Position numbers and translations under genes: made by a program. A model generated the notes under the pieces. It was not told the origin of the DNA. It worked only from the letters and a program-made list of their open reading frames with translations, and made no database searches. 64,000 nt of DNA from Marsupella aquatica. Lineage: Eukaryota > Plantae > Marchantiophyta. The stretch spans positions 4,839,241 to 4,903,240 of the forward strand of contig OZ316899.1 of the NCBI GenBank assembly GCA_973895155.1, read 5' to 3'. Numbering within the stretch: position 1 is the first letter of the stretch; each line of letters opens with the position of its first letter. Positions 49,602 through 63,120 of this stretch are shown here, in pieces.

Positions 49602-50614
49602 TGTGGAATGGCAAAAAGGAGCATTGGAGTGGAAATGGCAGATTTTCAAACATTTTAACCTTACTTGAAGCTTCTTTTGGTCTATCCGTCACCCCTTAAT
49701 CCATTTCAAGCCTCAAAGAAATGTTTTGGAGAAAGTTAAGAAGTTTGAGTTTTGACTGAAGAATTGCTTCGGACAAACAATTGCTTGGACACTACATAAT
49801 CGGTTTAGACTTTCGGCAACAACTTTGACGGAACAAAGACTACATAGTTTTGGCCCTTGACTCATAAATCATTTTACCTCTTACTTGAGCTTTATTTTAG
49901 TTAATTAGGATCAGATTTAGAATGACATCACTTGTCACTGATGGAGTCTCAGATTTAGATTTGTAAGGGTCTTACCTTTACCTTGTCTCTTAGAGTCTAG
50001 AATTCCTTTTAGATAAGAATAGATTTCTCACCTTAGGAGAAAACCCTTTGGTTTCTCCCATGTTATGAGGGAGCCCCCTACATTTGGACTCCCAAGCAAA
50101 TGCTTATGTCTTTTCCTTGAAAATCGATTCTTGACCAATTTTGGGTCTTTCTCTCATGCCAATTTGGGCTTAGAAGAGAGAATTGAAATAAGAGGATTTG
50201 CACCAATTGCGTTGAGATCATGAATTTCAATTAGTAATCCATTGATGAAATGTTGACATCTATGAGTTACTTATAAGAAGTGTAAAATTCTTAAGGGGAA
50301 CCTTCAAATCTAGGGAAATGAGAATTGTAATGAGTCATTTGTTGTAAAACCGATCTCAAACCTGAGTATATGGAATTCAATGATAAGTGAAAATCAAAAT
50401 ACCTATCGATAGTAAGTGAACACTTGAGAATTTACTACTCTAGTAATCTATGAAAGAATTGTATTGAATTATGATATGAAGAAAGCTCTGAAATCACTTT
50501 AAGATTTCGAATTATACAAAACCTGAATAAATCGCTTTCCTTATTCCTTACGCGACCGAATCTTGGTTGTTTTGAGCAAGATCTTAGACATTTGGTGTTG
50601 TTCTACTTACCACA
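49602..50614. mobile_element. Solo LTR (1013 bp)
   Basis: TGTGG...CCACA with perfect TSD CTACA (49597-49601, 50615-50619). Absent from the paralogous site near 62275. Confidence 0.88.
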
Positions 50615-52182
50615 CTACACCAAGAAGATATTAAAATAGTTCAACATGGACAACGCTCACCCTGTGAGCACTCCAATGGAACTGAGATCACTCAATCCCA
50701 ATAAAGACACTTTCAAGAAGTGAACCAAAGCAGAACAGACACTTGGATCGGAGAAACCTTACCTCTCTGCAATCGGAGCGCTCATGTACTTGGCTGACCA
50801 AACGCGCCCTGACATTTTGTTTTTAGTAAACCTCCAAGCGCATCACAGCTCCCAACCAACAATAAGGCACTAGAATGGAATCAAAAGAGTTTCTGATACT
50901 TACAGGGAACAGCAGACTTGGGATTGTTTTTCCCACACAACGCAAAACTCAAACTCACAGCATTTGCTAATGCCGGATATCTTTCCAATCCCGACGATGC
51001 CAAATCTCAGACAGGCTACATGTTTCTTCAAGGGAGCACAACCATATCTTGGAGGAGTTTGAAATAGACCCTTATGACTACATCTTCTAACCATGCAAAA
51101 ATAATAGCACTTTATGACGCAAGTTGCAAATGTCTGTGGCCTAGACAACTTATTGACCACATAAGCAAGAACACAGGTCGTCCACTCTTGAATTTTCCAA
51201 TGATTATTTATGAAGATAATCGACCTTGTGTCGACCAAATCACTCAGGGCTTCATAAAAGGTGACAAGATTAAACACATTGCGCCCAAATTTTTCTTCAC
51301 GCACGAACAGCATGGTGACAGGATTCAGGTTCAATGGATACCGAGCAAAGAAAACCGAGCAGACCTTTTAATGAAACCACTTCCGCCATCTCTACACAAA
51401 GATCACACAACAAGCATCGGAATGCGTCGACTCTCCACTTTACTACAAACCACAAATTAATACATTTTGACAGCCAAACCCTAGAAAACTATGAAGCCCC
51501 TAAGACTGCCAACTCCCGAAGCAAAAGCAAAAGCGATTGGATCCAGCACGACCCCTCCCTCACCAAGTTTCTTTTGTACACCATCGCAACCGAGGAACGA
51601 TCGATCGATTAACCGATCCAAAGCAACTTGATCTAATCAACAAACAATACAATTAAACAGTGGTGGGAATCGATGAGAGGAGATGGAAGCAATGCAAAAC
51701 GAGGCAAGAAGAAGATGTTGATCAGCGGAGTGACAGACAATTCATGTTTGGGTAGTACATTACAATATCCTACACCATTTACATACACCCTTACACCTGA
51801 CACTTCATTACATTTAGAGTTATCATTTACATTAAACTCCAATGAAGAGCATTTACTCCATGATTACCCTATGACATGTAAGTAGTGGCACTATTTCCTT
51901 TGGAAGAAAGAAAAAAGGTTTTAAGGAGGCCATACTAAACTAGGGCTTAATCTTACACTTACATTTAGACTCTACATAGATTGGTTCTTTTATACCCCAA
52001 TAAAATAACCAAGGGGGAGTGTTATGACATGTAGATTACATTGTAAGTGACCATTACATTAGACCCTAATGTAATACTTAGAGGTTAAGGTAGTTACCTA
52101 ACCGCCTCATCATGTAACACATAAAGGCTTTCATCCCTAATAGAAGAGATATTGATGTTAGTGTAATCTATGGAGTAGAACA

Positions 52183-53276
52183 ATTTTTAAGTATCCCTCT
52201 TGTGACAAGTTTTGCTTGAGGTCTATGGGTCTAGAGGAATGCTCAAAATAACGCAAGTATTATTTTGGTCTTAAACACTTGAACAAAAATATTTTGCTAC
52301 GAGGTTATATCATGAACAATTGTAGTACTTCTTGTGGATATAGTGTAAATGAACAACCTATATGTAGACATTCAAGAAACTATATTCTTTAGGTAGTAAT
52401 AGATTGGCAACAATCCATGCAAACATGTTTACAAGGATTGAACGAGATACCTTTTGCAAGGAAGACTCACCTTCATTTCTAAATTTGGTGGAATGGTTGA
52501 AAGATTTTTTCCAAAAAAATATGGATAGTCTTTCCCATAAAGAGATTCATCACTTGCTAGACAATTGGACAAAGCAAGAGATACATGGAATCTTTGAAGC
52601 TCAAACAATGTTGCGAGAAGAGCAACAAGTTACATATTCTTATTTTTTGCGTGTTTAGAAAAAAATGTTCCCAAATCTACGAATTCCTAAAAGGAGTCAA
52701 TTTTCTACTTGTGGTCCTTGCACTGAATTCAAGGCTCTTCGAGACAAAGCAACAACTGAAGAGGATAAAGTAAGTTCACTAACTATAACCTTCAATTTTA
52801 ATTTGATGACATGTACTCAAATATTTGTCAAAGTTTATTTTTAGTTATTTATTTTTAATTCATTTGTTATTGTATCATTTCAGGAAAGTACATCAATGCC
52901 CTTATGGAGCATCAAAAAGTACAATCATTGAAAAGGATGAAGTTAGCTAAGCATCGTAAAAAATGCTATGATGAACCCAACAAGTATTTGGGTATTTGTA
53001 TAGATGGTATGGATCAAAAGAAAATAGAGCTACCACATGTTCTTTGTTGTTCGAAGAACATGGATGAAAAATATTTTATTCCAATACATGTTGTAGGTTG
53101 TCTCATTTTCAACAGGCAGCAAAATTATTTTTGACATATCCCAATATCCATAATGATGCAAACTTGACCATACATGTTATTGAAAATGTATTGAATACAT
53201 GGGATGAGACATTACCAAGAGTGTTATATCTTCAATTAGATAATACAACTAGGGAAAACAAGAATAAATTCTTGAT
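52183..53276 (+). pseudogene. Sola-like DDE transposase remnant, N-terminal part
   Basis: FSTCGPC motif, intron 52770-52883, CIDGMDQKK, DANLTI, LPRVLYLQLDNTTRENKN. Confidence 0.7.
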
Positions 53277-53828
53277 TGTTATGACATGTAGATTACACTG
53301 TAAGAGACCATTACATTAGACCCTAATGTAATACCTAGAGATTGAGGTAGTTACCTATTCTAACCACCTCCTGATGTAACACATAAAAACTTTCATCCAT
53401 AATAGAAGAGACATTAATGTTGGTGCAACCTTTGGAGTAAAACACGTTATAAGCACGAGCCGATGAGGGCATGAATTTTTTAAGGAGTGAAGTTTTGCGA
53501 TTTCTATTTAACATTGGAAGGATTGAATCCAAGTAGGCTTGGACAATTATAAGGCTGAATCAAAGATTAGCAATCGAACAATTTCCAAGGGATTTCTTCA
53601 AAAGGAACGAGCAATTACTTGAATCAAAAGGAGTCACAATACCAGGGACATCGGTTTTAATTAGATTCGAGCCTTAAAAGGAAAGCGGAGAGACAAAGGC
53701 AAGGGATTTTGATCATAATTCCAGACACATCAAAGAAGAAAGGTGATCCAAATCAACTATGATACAATAATACTCAATTTTCGGAATTGTACAAAAAATA
53801 CTTCCAATTACGCAAACGAGGATCCATA

Positions 53829-56325
53829 ATGAACTCCATGGAGAAATTACATTTCCAGGCACTCTCTATAGATGGACTTAATTATCTATCATGGTCATTG
53901 GACGTCGAGGCACACCTCGCATCCAAAAATCTACAGGACACAATATTAACTGATGTAGGCTCTACTCTCCAACAAAAGGCCCTGGCTCTGATTCTGATAT
54001 GACATCATCTAGGAGAGCCACTTAAAATCCAATACTTGAATCATTATAATCCCCGTATTCTATGGGAAGAGCTGCAACTCAGATTTGACCATATGCGTAC
54101 AATCTCACTCCCAACAGCCCGCCACGATTGGATAAATCTACGAGTCCAAGATCACACCACAATTTCAAGTTATAATAGCGAATTGTTTCGAATTACTTCA
54201 CAATTGGCTGTTTGCGGCAGCCCGGTAGATGATGCTGAACAAATCGAAAATACTTTGTCTACTTTTCATGTTACCAATCTGGTACTTTAATCACAATATC
54301 GCAACATGAACTTTACTAGATATTCACAACTAATTTCACACATGCTACTTGCAGAAAAGCACCAAATTCTATTGATGCAGAATGCAAAGATAAGGCCACC
54401 GGGGACCGCACCCCTACCACCGAAGACAGATACTCACTTTGCTAAGCTGTCAAATAGATATAGGGGACGCAGCCAAAAGAGCTTCAGGGGAAGCCGAGGG
54501 CGACCATATGGACGGGGTCGCTACCAAGGCCGTGGAGGAGGCCGAACTGGATTGGATGAATCACCCCAAACCTGTTGGAATAGAAATGGTTTTCGAGGAA
54601 GAAGCCCTGGCAGAGGATTCCAACAACAAGGGAGAGATAAGTTTCCTCCACTATTTTGTTTTTGTTGTGGTACAAAAGGCCATATTCAAAAAGCATGTAG
54701 AGCAGCAGCGCATCTGGTTAAACTCTATAAGGAAAGCCTGAATAAGCAAACACCAGAAACACAAGGGAATTATATGGAAATACCCGAAAGTATAAATACT
54801 TATATAGCAGACACCGAAATGCCTGAAGCTCATACAACTAACTATGCATCTGAGATTTCACAACTCTCAGACCCCTCCAGATGCATTGTCGATAGTGGAA
54901 CTTCTCATTCGATCCTACGCACAAGAGAACTCTTTCAGCATATTTCCCAGTCCAAAAGAGAGATAACAACTATCACAAGCCAGAACCAGATCGAGGAGGG
55001 CAATGGCCCTGCAACTGTCCGATTTACAATGGGGACAGTTATACATATACACTCAGCCATTTATGCACCCAAGGCCACACAAAATTTGATAAGTTTCAAA
55101 GATATCCTAGCCAACAACCTACATATACATACAAATAGAACTGAAAAAGGAGATATCCTCCAAATATTAGAAAAAACGCGAATGGGAATGGAAGTCAGGG
55201 AGATCTTACTGATTTCCCCACTAGGCTTATACATCACTAAGATCCTAGCCTTCCACACTGAGAAGACAGTACCCACATTAACAGAAATTTGGCACAATAG
55301 GCTTGGGCATCCAGGTACCACAATGTATCATCAGATAATCCGAGACACAACAGGAATCCCAACAGGAGTCCACCCATCCTCTATGAACCATACATGCCTA
55401 GCCTGTGCACAAGGAAAACTCATCATAAGACCTTCAGTATCCAAGACTTCACGATCAATACCAAGATTCCTCGAGAGAATACACGCTAATGTTTGTGGAC
55501 CAATAGATCCATCGTCTGGCCCCTTTAGATTTTTTCTTGCCATTATTGATGCTTCATCAAAATGGTCTCAAGTTTCATTGCTGTCAACTCGGAACTTGGT
55601 TTTTCCACGAATCCTATCCCACATTTTGAAGCTGAAATCGCAGTTTCCAGATCACCCAATTAAAACTTTAAGGGTAGACAATGCCGGGGAGTTCACCTCG
55701 AAGACTTTTGATGATTTATGTGAAACAATAAGTATCGATACAGAGTATCCGGTTCCCCATGTTCACTTTCAAAATGGCATAGCCAAGTCATTAATTAAAA
55801 GACTACAGCTGATAGCTAGGCCATTACTGATGCAAACCCAATTACCAACGACCGCCTGGGGACATGCAATACTGCATGCTGCTTCATTGCTCAAATACCA
55901 ACCGTCTGCATTCAATTCACAGACCCCATATCATTTGGCATTTGGACTTCCACCGAACATCTCACACCTGCATACCTTCAGATGTTTAGTCCTTGTACCG
56001 ACAATGGGCCCTAATCAAACAAAAATGGGACCCCAGAGGCAAAGAGGGATATACATAGACTACGACTCACCCTCGATAATATGTTTTCTTGAGCCATCAA
56101 CAACAGACGTGTTTAAGGCCAGATTTATTGACTGCAATTTTTTTGAGGATGTGTTCCCGATTAACAACTCAAGAAAACTCAGAGACTGCAACAAAGTCAA
56201 GAAGACCAAGCAAGCAGATGAAGAAGTAAGAAGGATAATTCACCTTCACCAGATGCTCGAAAAGTTACCGGATGCATTTAATGATGCAACAGCAATAACC
56301 CGTTCGCATATTGAGGCAGGAAATG
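53829..56325 (+). pseudogene. gag: Copia Gag-protease-integrase with nonsense mutations
   Basis: CFCCGTKGHIQKAC, IVDSGTSH, WHNRLGHPG..CLAC, RVDNAGEF, QNGIA. Confidence 0.93.
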
Positions 56326-59300
56326 TGTGGTGCGTCCCATGGCTCCCTAAACCCAAGAAACCCCCCAGCTCAAGCCGATTCCCGCAGGTTTTGCGCTTGG
56401 CGAGGCCGTTTCCGCGGCTTAGCGGCATGGGACGCTGCTAACCTTCTTCTACTACTACTATTAACATTTACACACATATACTGGACAGATCCTTCATCGG
56501 GTCATGAGATACGTAGCTGGCCTAATCTAGGCCTTCCCTTGTCTTCCCCTCCGTCTTGTTAGGTATGTTTGGATTCCGCCGCAGGAATGATCTCCAATAG
56601 GCTTGGTTAAGCCGCTAAGACCTCTCTCAGCTCGACACATCCAACTCTCACTCCCCTGCTTACTTTCCTTCCTCTATTAGTTGATGTGGGCACTCTTCAC
56701 ACAAGTTAATGCGACACACAAATAGCAAAATGACTCCTTCTGACTGAGTCATACCATGCACTTGCTATACAAACAGTACATCTCATACACAAGCTCTGCG
56801 AACTAAGCCGTGAGGCCAACTCTATTCAGCTCTTAGGCATGAGGAACCATGAATATACACAAGGGTCACTGTATGACTAACCAAGAGCTTCTCTTACTAC
56901 TTGATCCCAGCCCGGCTGGTGCAAACTAAAAACTTGCTAAAGAAGAGGCCCTGGACTCCCCGCTGCCCAGGTATTTATTCTGGCAGTGGATCTGTCCAGA
57001 ACTTCGCTGCGTAAGCTTAATCTATCCTACCTGTAATCTACCTAACTGTACAACGAGGCAGGAGCACAAGTGTTGCTCCTGCCAGTGGAACCGCAATCCC
57101 ACTAAGCTAAGTGTCAGGGCCGCCTCCTGGTCCTGATCCTAATCCTAAACTTGGAGATCAGCGCCCGCCCTGCCCACTCACGCCTCCTACCTCCACGTCC
57201 GCCCTTCCTAAAAGGAACGGCGCCCTTGCACCGTCACGACACCGGTGGTGGATCCTCAATGGACGCCCCCAACGCTTCCTCCTCAGCCACTGTCGTAGGT
57301 TCGTTCTCTGACAGATTACCTGCCCTTGACTGAGTCAACTCTCCATCGGCCTGACTGGGTCTACCATCGGCATTGGCGTCGGCTCGGGAATCATTCTCGG
57401 CTACGGCCTCAGCCTTGGCTATGGTCTCCCTGGCCTGCTCAAGAGGCGGATCTGGGATACCGGCCTCATTATTGAGTAGTTCGGCTTGGGCCGCGCCATC
57501 CCCACCTTTGGTGATAGCGGGATCTATTGCCGTGTTCATGTCGGAGGTTGGTGCTGGGTCTACCTCCTTGGTCACCACGGCCAGTGGAGTCGTATTACTC
57601 CTTGACCCTGAAGGTTTCCGCTTCTTCTTCTTTTCTGGTTCGGCAGCTGGTCCCTTCCCCTTCCCACTTACTTCCGGCACTGGTGCAGGTGGCGCGGCTT
57701 GTTCTTCGGCCAGTACCACTCCTGGTAACTTGGTTGCCCCAATTGGAGTTGGGCCTGATGAAGACAAGCACTTAAATACTGCGGCTTGTTTCTTCAGCCG
57801 CTCTGTTTGGTTGTCGGCCCGCCGCTGTAGGTTCTCCATCTTCCTCGTGATTTCCTCCAACTCCTCCTGGGTCTCATCCAGGTCCTTGCGCGCCTCTTCT
57901 AGCTCGTTTTTGGCTTCCTCCAATTCCCTGTGGGCTTCCTTCAATTCCTTCTTGGTGGTAGCCCTCTCCTCCCGGGTTGCTCTTAGCTCCTTGTCGAGCT
58001 CTGCAATGATGACAGACTCCATCTGGTTCATCTTGGCGTAAGTCTGATCGAGCATCTCGTCCTTCTCCCATAGGTCGGCCTTGAAGCTGGCCGTCAGGGA
58101 CGCAAGCTCCTGCTGCAGCGCCATAATCCCTTGATAGGATTTCCCTAACTTGGCCTCCTTCTGCTCAAGGGCTCCGCGGATTTTCTCGAGCTCCCCCTTC
58201 AACGCCCATTCCTTTCTTTGGGTCTCTGCCATGGCCCGGTTGTTGGATGTTATGTGGGCCTCCTCTGCATTCCTCAGCTCCTTCTTCCATTTCTCCCTGT
58301 CCTTGATTGCGTCGGCCAATTCTCCTTGGGTCCGCGTCAGTAGATTCTCGATCATCCGATTATCAGATTGTGCGGTATCCAATTGGCCCTGCATGATATT
58401 TAGCTCATGCCGCTTAATCCGCAGCTCATCTTGGGCTTTCTTGGCCACCCTCAGGTCCTTGATTTCGGCTTCCCTTTCCCTAAGCCGACGGATGACCTCG
58501 TCCTTCTTGCTTCTTTCCAAGGCCACCGCTTCTTCTAATTGGCGCTTCTCCAACATCTCCCTCTGGAAAAAGGGTCCCTGCTCCAACTCCTCCCCAAATA
58601 TGCTGAGCGTCAGTTCTCCACACATCTCCCCGTACTCCATGGCTCTGTCTTTAGCATAGGTGGAGGAAGTAGAAGTCATCGGCATCATCCACCGCGGCCT
58701 CTGCTCCCAAGCCGTCTTGCGGATCTCTTCAATCGTGGCTAGAGGTTTGCTTCCTTTTTCGGCTAGCTGCTTGATGTCCTCCGGCCAATCTCCTCCTAGC
58801 AAATCCTTTTCTCTAGCCAGGGCTGCCTCCTCTTCCTGCCTGATTCGCTCCTGAAATTCCTGCACTGTCTGTTTTATGCCGTCAAAGCTCGGGGGAGCAA
58901 CATCTGGTGGGGGAGACTCAGGGCTACTCTGCTGGTTGGGGTCCCCTCGTACTACCCTTGGAAGTGTGGGGATAAACCGGCCACAGGTCCTTACTCCTGG
59001 AACGTGATGGTCCGACCCATAGTCGGAGTTATCATGGCTGCAGTCCTCCACTGCCTCCTCTACTTCTTGGACTTCCGGCTTCTCCCTCTCCTCTTCGTCC
59101 GTAGGAGCTTCAGGCAATTCTGCCTCAGATTCAGAGCTTGAGACTCCCACGTACATTCGAACACCCGGCTTGGATTCTGGCCTGATTCTCTCCTTGTCTC
59201 CAGTAAAGGGGTTTTCCCTTGTAAGCCGGTGTAGGCCTACCTCTGGAGCAGTGTCCTGCATTGTTGCCATTGCCGTTGTCGTTGCCGATGCCGATCTCTT

Positions 59301-61011
59301 TTCTTTCTCCAGTAGTTTCAACAGATTTTGCATGCCTGGTTGCTGCATCGGCAAGTCCTCCGTCCTTGGCCTAAACACCTGCTCGATCGTAGGGCTAACA
59401 GGTGGTTGAGGCTTCTCTGCTACCGGCCTCGGTGCTGGAGCTTCCTCGGGTGCCCTTACCTACAGGGGAAGTACTGGGGCAAAGGTCTGACCTCTGGCAT
59501 ACCGGCACAACAGCGGCATGTGATAGCCAAGCCGCGACATGCTCCCCATGCCGATTACCTGCTGCTCCTCCTTTAAGATCTTCTTCAATTGGTTGAGGAG
59601 GTACCCGTTGTAGTCCCGGCTTGGGTCTGGCCTCTCTGCCAGATAGACCTGTGCCTTGCCGATGTCTGCCCTCGGCAAGTTACAGTGCATGGTCACCCGC
59701 AAGAAGTCGATCATCTCTCCTATGTGTGGGTTGGTGCAGGTGTTCCGGAAGAAGCCATTCTTCGTTGATGGCCCGGGGAACAACCGGAACTCCTTGTCAG
59801 GCAAGGTCTTCCTGGTATCAACTTTGGTCTTATTGCCTATCGGCAAGCCAAACACTTCGGCAATCACCTTGGGAGTAAGATAGAAATCCTTCCCATATAT
59901 CCTCGTGCAATTGGTCTCGGGTTCCCATGACCCCACGAATTCTAATAGGTCTGAATCCGGCACCTCCGGCTTCAGCCATGGTAATCTTACAAAGGCCTCT
60001 AAGCCGGATTCGGCCATGAAGCCTTGATACTTCTTGGTCTGCATGGCCGTAAAGCATGCATCCTCCTCCCGTGCAAAATGTAGTTGCACCTCCACCGGTA
60101 GGGTTGCCGCCCAGCCTTTCCAGGTGTCATCCCTGGTTGGAATGGCATTGATGGGATCGACCTCCTCCTCTTCGGCTTCTCCCTGCCTCCTGCTCTGCTG
60201 CTCGACTGGCTTCCTTGGTGCCGCCGACCTCGTTCTTTTTGCCGGGGTGGCTTCATCGTTGACGGCTCCCTTCCTCTTCATCTCTGCTGCCGTGGAGGTT
60301 TCTCCTAGCACCGTTGCCGGGGTCCACCTTTCCGTGCTACCCTTCAATTCCCAGTGTATGTCGTTGCAGTTCTTGATGGCCTCTCGAATGCCGATGATTC
60401 TGTCTTCACAAAACAGAAGATCGTCGAGCTGATTGGAAGTAGGAGTCTACAAGAACTTGGCGTTGATGAGTTTGCCTCCTAAGAAAGCCGTCTTCTGTAG
60501 CTCCCACAATCGAGCGAGCTCCTGCCGTTCTCGAGCTGCCCTTTCTGATTCCTCGTCCTCGTAAGTCTTGATGTACTCAGTTGCCCGTTCGAACAGGCAT
60601 CCCCAGAAATGTGCCGCTTGATTGACGTTGCTCATACCCTCCTTAGGTCGATCGTCGGTATCTACTCTCTCCCCGAGTGCTTGCCTAAGCAGCTGACAGT
60701 AGTTGGCCTCCCGTAGTCGTCTGCCTAGTTCGTGCTCGCAAATGAGCCACCATCTCCTGCAAGCGCTCCTTACCCCTCTCCTCTTCCAGTCCTTCCTCCC
60801 GTTGATCCTTCCTAGCCGCCGACGCTTAACGCGCCCTAACCCTAATTGAGTTTTCACCCCCAGCGTCCTTACCTCCGGCCTCGGCCCGGGTTCCATGGTC
60901 GCCCCTAATTGTTTATATTTTCCTTGTTTTGTCCCTATACTAAGGTGTTTCTAGGGTGCATTCCTGCTTTACCCACTTAACTGGCCGAGTGATTCCTGGC
61001 TAGGCATCACA
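56326..61011 (-). mobile_element. 4.7-kb solo LTR, family B, containing a large ORF
   Basis: TGTGGTG...CATCACA with perfect TSD AAATG (56321-56325, 61012-61016). Removing it restores the copia frame SHIEAGNVPARI. Confidence 0.92.
57234..60896 (-). pseudogene. LTR-embedded ORF of about 1220 codons with two in-frame TAG stops; plant-transposon-protein-like domain + long coiled coil
   Basis: ORFs 60447-60896, 59460-60347 and 57234-59378 are all in one frame with open spacers. E/K-rich heptad region and KKKKRK motif. TATAAA at 60912-60917 (minus). Confidence 0.82.
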
Positions 61012-61016
61012 AAATG

Positions 61017-63120
61017 TACCTGCCAGGATAGCTGCCCAAGATTGCTTAGCCTCAGAGGTTGCTCCCAAAGCTAAGCGAGGTCGACCACCAGGTTCAAAAG
61101 ACAACCAACCTTGACAAAGGAGAACACAGATAAGTATAGAGAATGCATCAATACTTGTGGTACAAACTACCTTACCACCCACAACAACTGTTGAAAATGA
61201 GGAAACCACCATTAATTATATGCATACGGGCAGAATTTTGAATAGAAACAATACTGTAATCGACGATATTTTTGCATATACAATTGCACAAGACATTACC
61301 AAAGATATGCCTGACCCACTATCCGTGAAAGAAGCACAATCAAGGAGTGATTGGCCTCAGTGGGAAATAGCAACTAACTCTGAGTTAGATTCACTTATTC
61401 AGAGGGAAGTATTTGGGCCGATCATTCCTGCACCACTCCACTCACAACTTATTGGATATAAGTTTATATTTACCAAGAAAAGAAATGCACAGGGAGAGGT
61501 CATCCGATATAAAGTTTGCCTGGTAGCAAAAGGCTACACTCAGATACCAGGGAGGGATTTTGACCTTACATATTCCTCTGTGATGGACTCCATCACTTAC
61601 AGATACATGATCTTATTCGCACTTGCAAATCAGTTGATGCTTCACATCCTAGATGTGGTAACAGCCTATCTATATGCCATACTTGACACCACTATTTACA
61701 TGAAAGCCCCTCCTGAGTTGATCACAAGAATGAACTTTCAGGTTCAAGGGGAGAGAAATGATATCATAAGAAATGCCCTGAAAATGAAACAACACGAAAC
61801 ACTCCTACAGAGTATTTTCAAAAGCATGCAAAACCGAATGAACTTTCAGTTCTGAATAAAGATCAAATACAGAACACATCACAAATAAATCAGAGGCATA
61901 CAAGAACAGAGAAATCATGATCTGCTACACAGATGACAAGACAAGAATATGCAGTACAAGTTTTATGATCAATGTATGGCCTCAAGCAGAGTGGTCGTAT
62001 CTGGTATAAAAAGTTCCAGGCAGAGATGTTAGCACTCGACTTTGTCAATGATGACATAGCCCCGTGTCTATTTTTAAAACAGAGAGGAACTGAATACATC
62101 ATAGTCGCTATTTACATAGACGACATTAATATTTTTGGAACTCCCAGCATATCTAAAGAAACAATCTAAAATTTGAAGCATACATTTCAGATGAGGGATC
62201 TTGGTGAACCCAAATACTGCCTTGGCCTTTAGTTTGATTATGTGCAAGGTGGAATACTAATTAACCAGGCGACTTACACCAAGAAGATATTAAAGCAGTT
62301 TCATATGGAGAATGCTCATCCGGTGAGCACTCCCATGGAGCTAAGAACACTCGATCCTAACAAAGACACCTTCAAGAAAAGAACTGAAGCAGAACCAACA
62401 CTAGGGAGCGAGAAGCCTTACCTCTATGCAATTGGAGCGCTGATGTACTTAGCAAATCAGACGCGCCTTGACATTTCATTTGCGGTTAACCTGCTAGCAC
62501 GTCACAATTCTCAACCAACACTAAGACACTGGAATGGAATGAAGAGAGTATTTTGATACTTACAGGGCACTGCCGATTTGGGATTGTTTTTCCCTCACAA
62601 TGCAAAATTGGAACTCACAGGATTTGTTGATGCCGGGTATCTTTCAGACCCCGATGATGCAAAATCGCAGACTGGATATGTGTTCCTTCAGGGCACCACA
62701 ACCATATCTTGGAGGAGCTTGAAACAGACCCTTACGACTACGTCTTCTAACCATGCAGAGATCATAGCATTATATGAGGCAAGTCGAGAGTGCATGTGGC
62801 TTAGACAGCTAATTGATCACATAAACAAACACACTGGCCGTCCACTCCTCAGCTCGCCTACGACGATTTACGAAGAAAATTGACCTTGTGTCGATCAAAT
62901 CACTCAGGGCTTCATAAAAGGTGATCGAATTAAGCACATAGCTCCCAAATTTTTCTTTACGCATGAGCAACATGGTGATAAGATCCAAGTTAAATGGATC
63001 CCGAGCATAGAGAACCGAGCAGATCTTTTTACGAAGGCACTTCCGCCATCTTTACATAAAGAACACACAGCAGGAATCGGGATGCATAGACTCTCAGTTT
63101 TACTACAAAGCGCGACTTAG
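61017..63120 (+). pseudogene. pol: Copia RT and RNase H with stops
   Basis: GYKFIFTKKRN, LVAKGYTQ, YGLKQSG, IYIDD, AIGALMYL, DAGYLSDP, SSNHAEIIAL, KHIAPKFF. Confidence 0.93.

Larger units (their letters stand above)
48263..52182 (+). mobile_element. 3' half of Bianca-like copia element 2 (RT, RNase H, PPT, 3' LTR 52020-52182) with two nested insertions
   Basis: DVVTAYLYG, YGLKQSGRTWY, IYVDD, IYEDN, KHIAPKFF; PPT AAGGGGGAG before TGTTATGACATG. Colinear with 61289-63563. Confidence 0.9.

Noticed and set aside
57114-57233. Arg-rich extension of the LTR B ORF past the TGA at 57234
   Set aside because: The same TGA is present in the independent short copy, so it is probably the true stop.
57373-58854. 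Ser/Leu-rich plus-strand ORFs
   Set aside because: They are antisense shadows of the E/K-rich coiled-coil ORF; the same holds for many ORFs opposite LINE, gypsy and TnpD sequence.
57234-60896. LTR-embedded ORF as a retroviral env
   Set aside because: No signal peptide or transmembrane segment is visible; it is charged, coiled-coil and carries NLS-like motifs.
56326-61011. 4.7-kb unit as a DNA transposon
   Set aside because: No transposase motif, only a 7-bp imperfect inverted end, and a homologous copy sits next to a PBS and gag.
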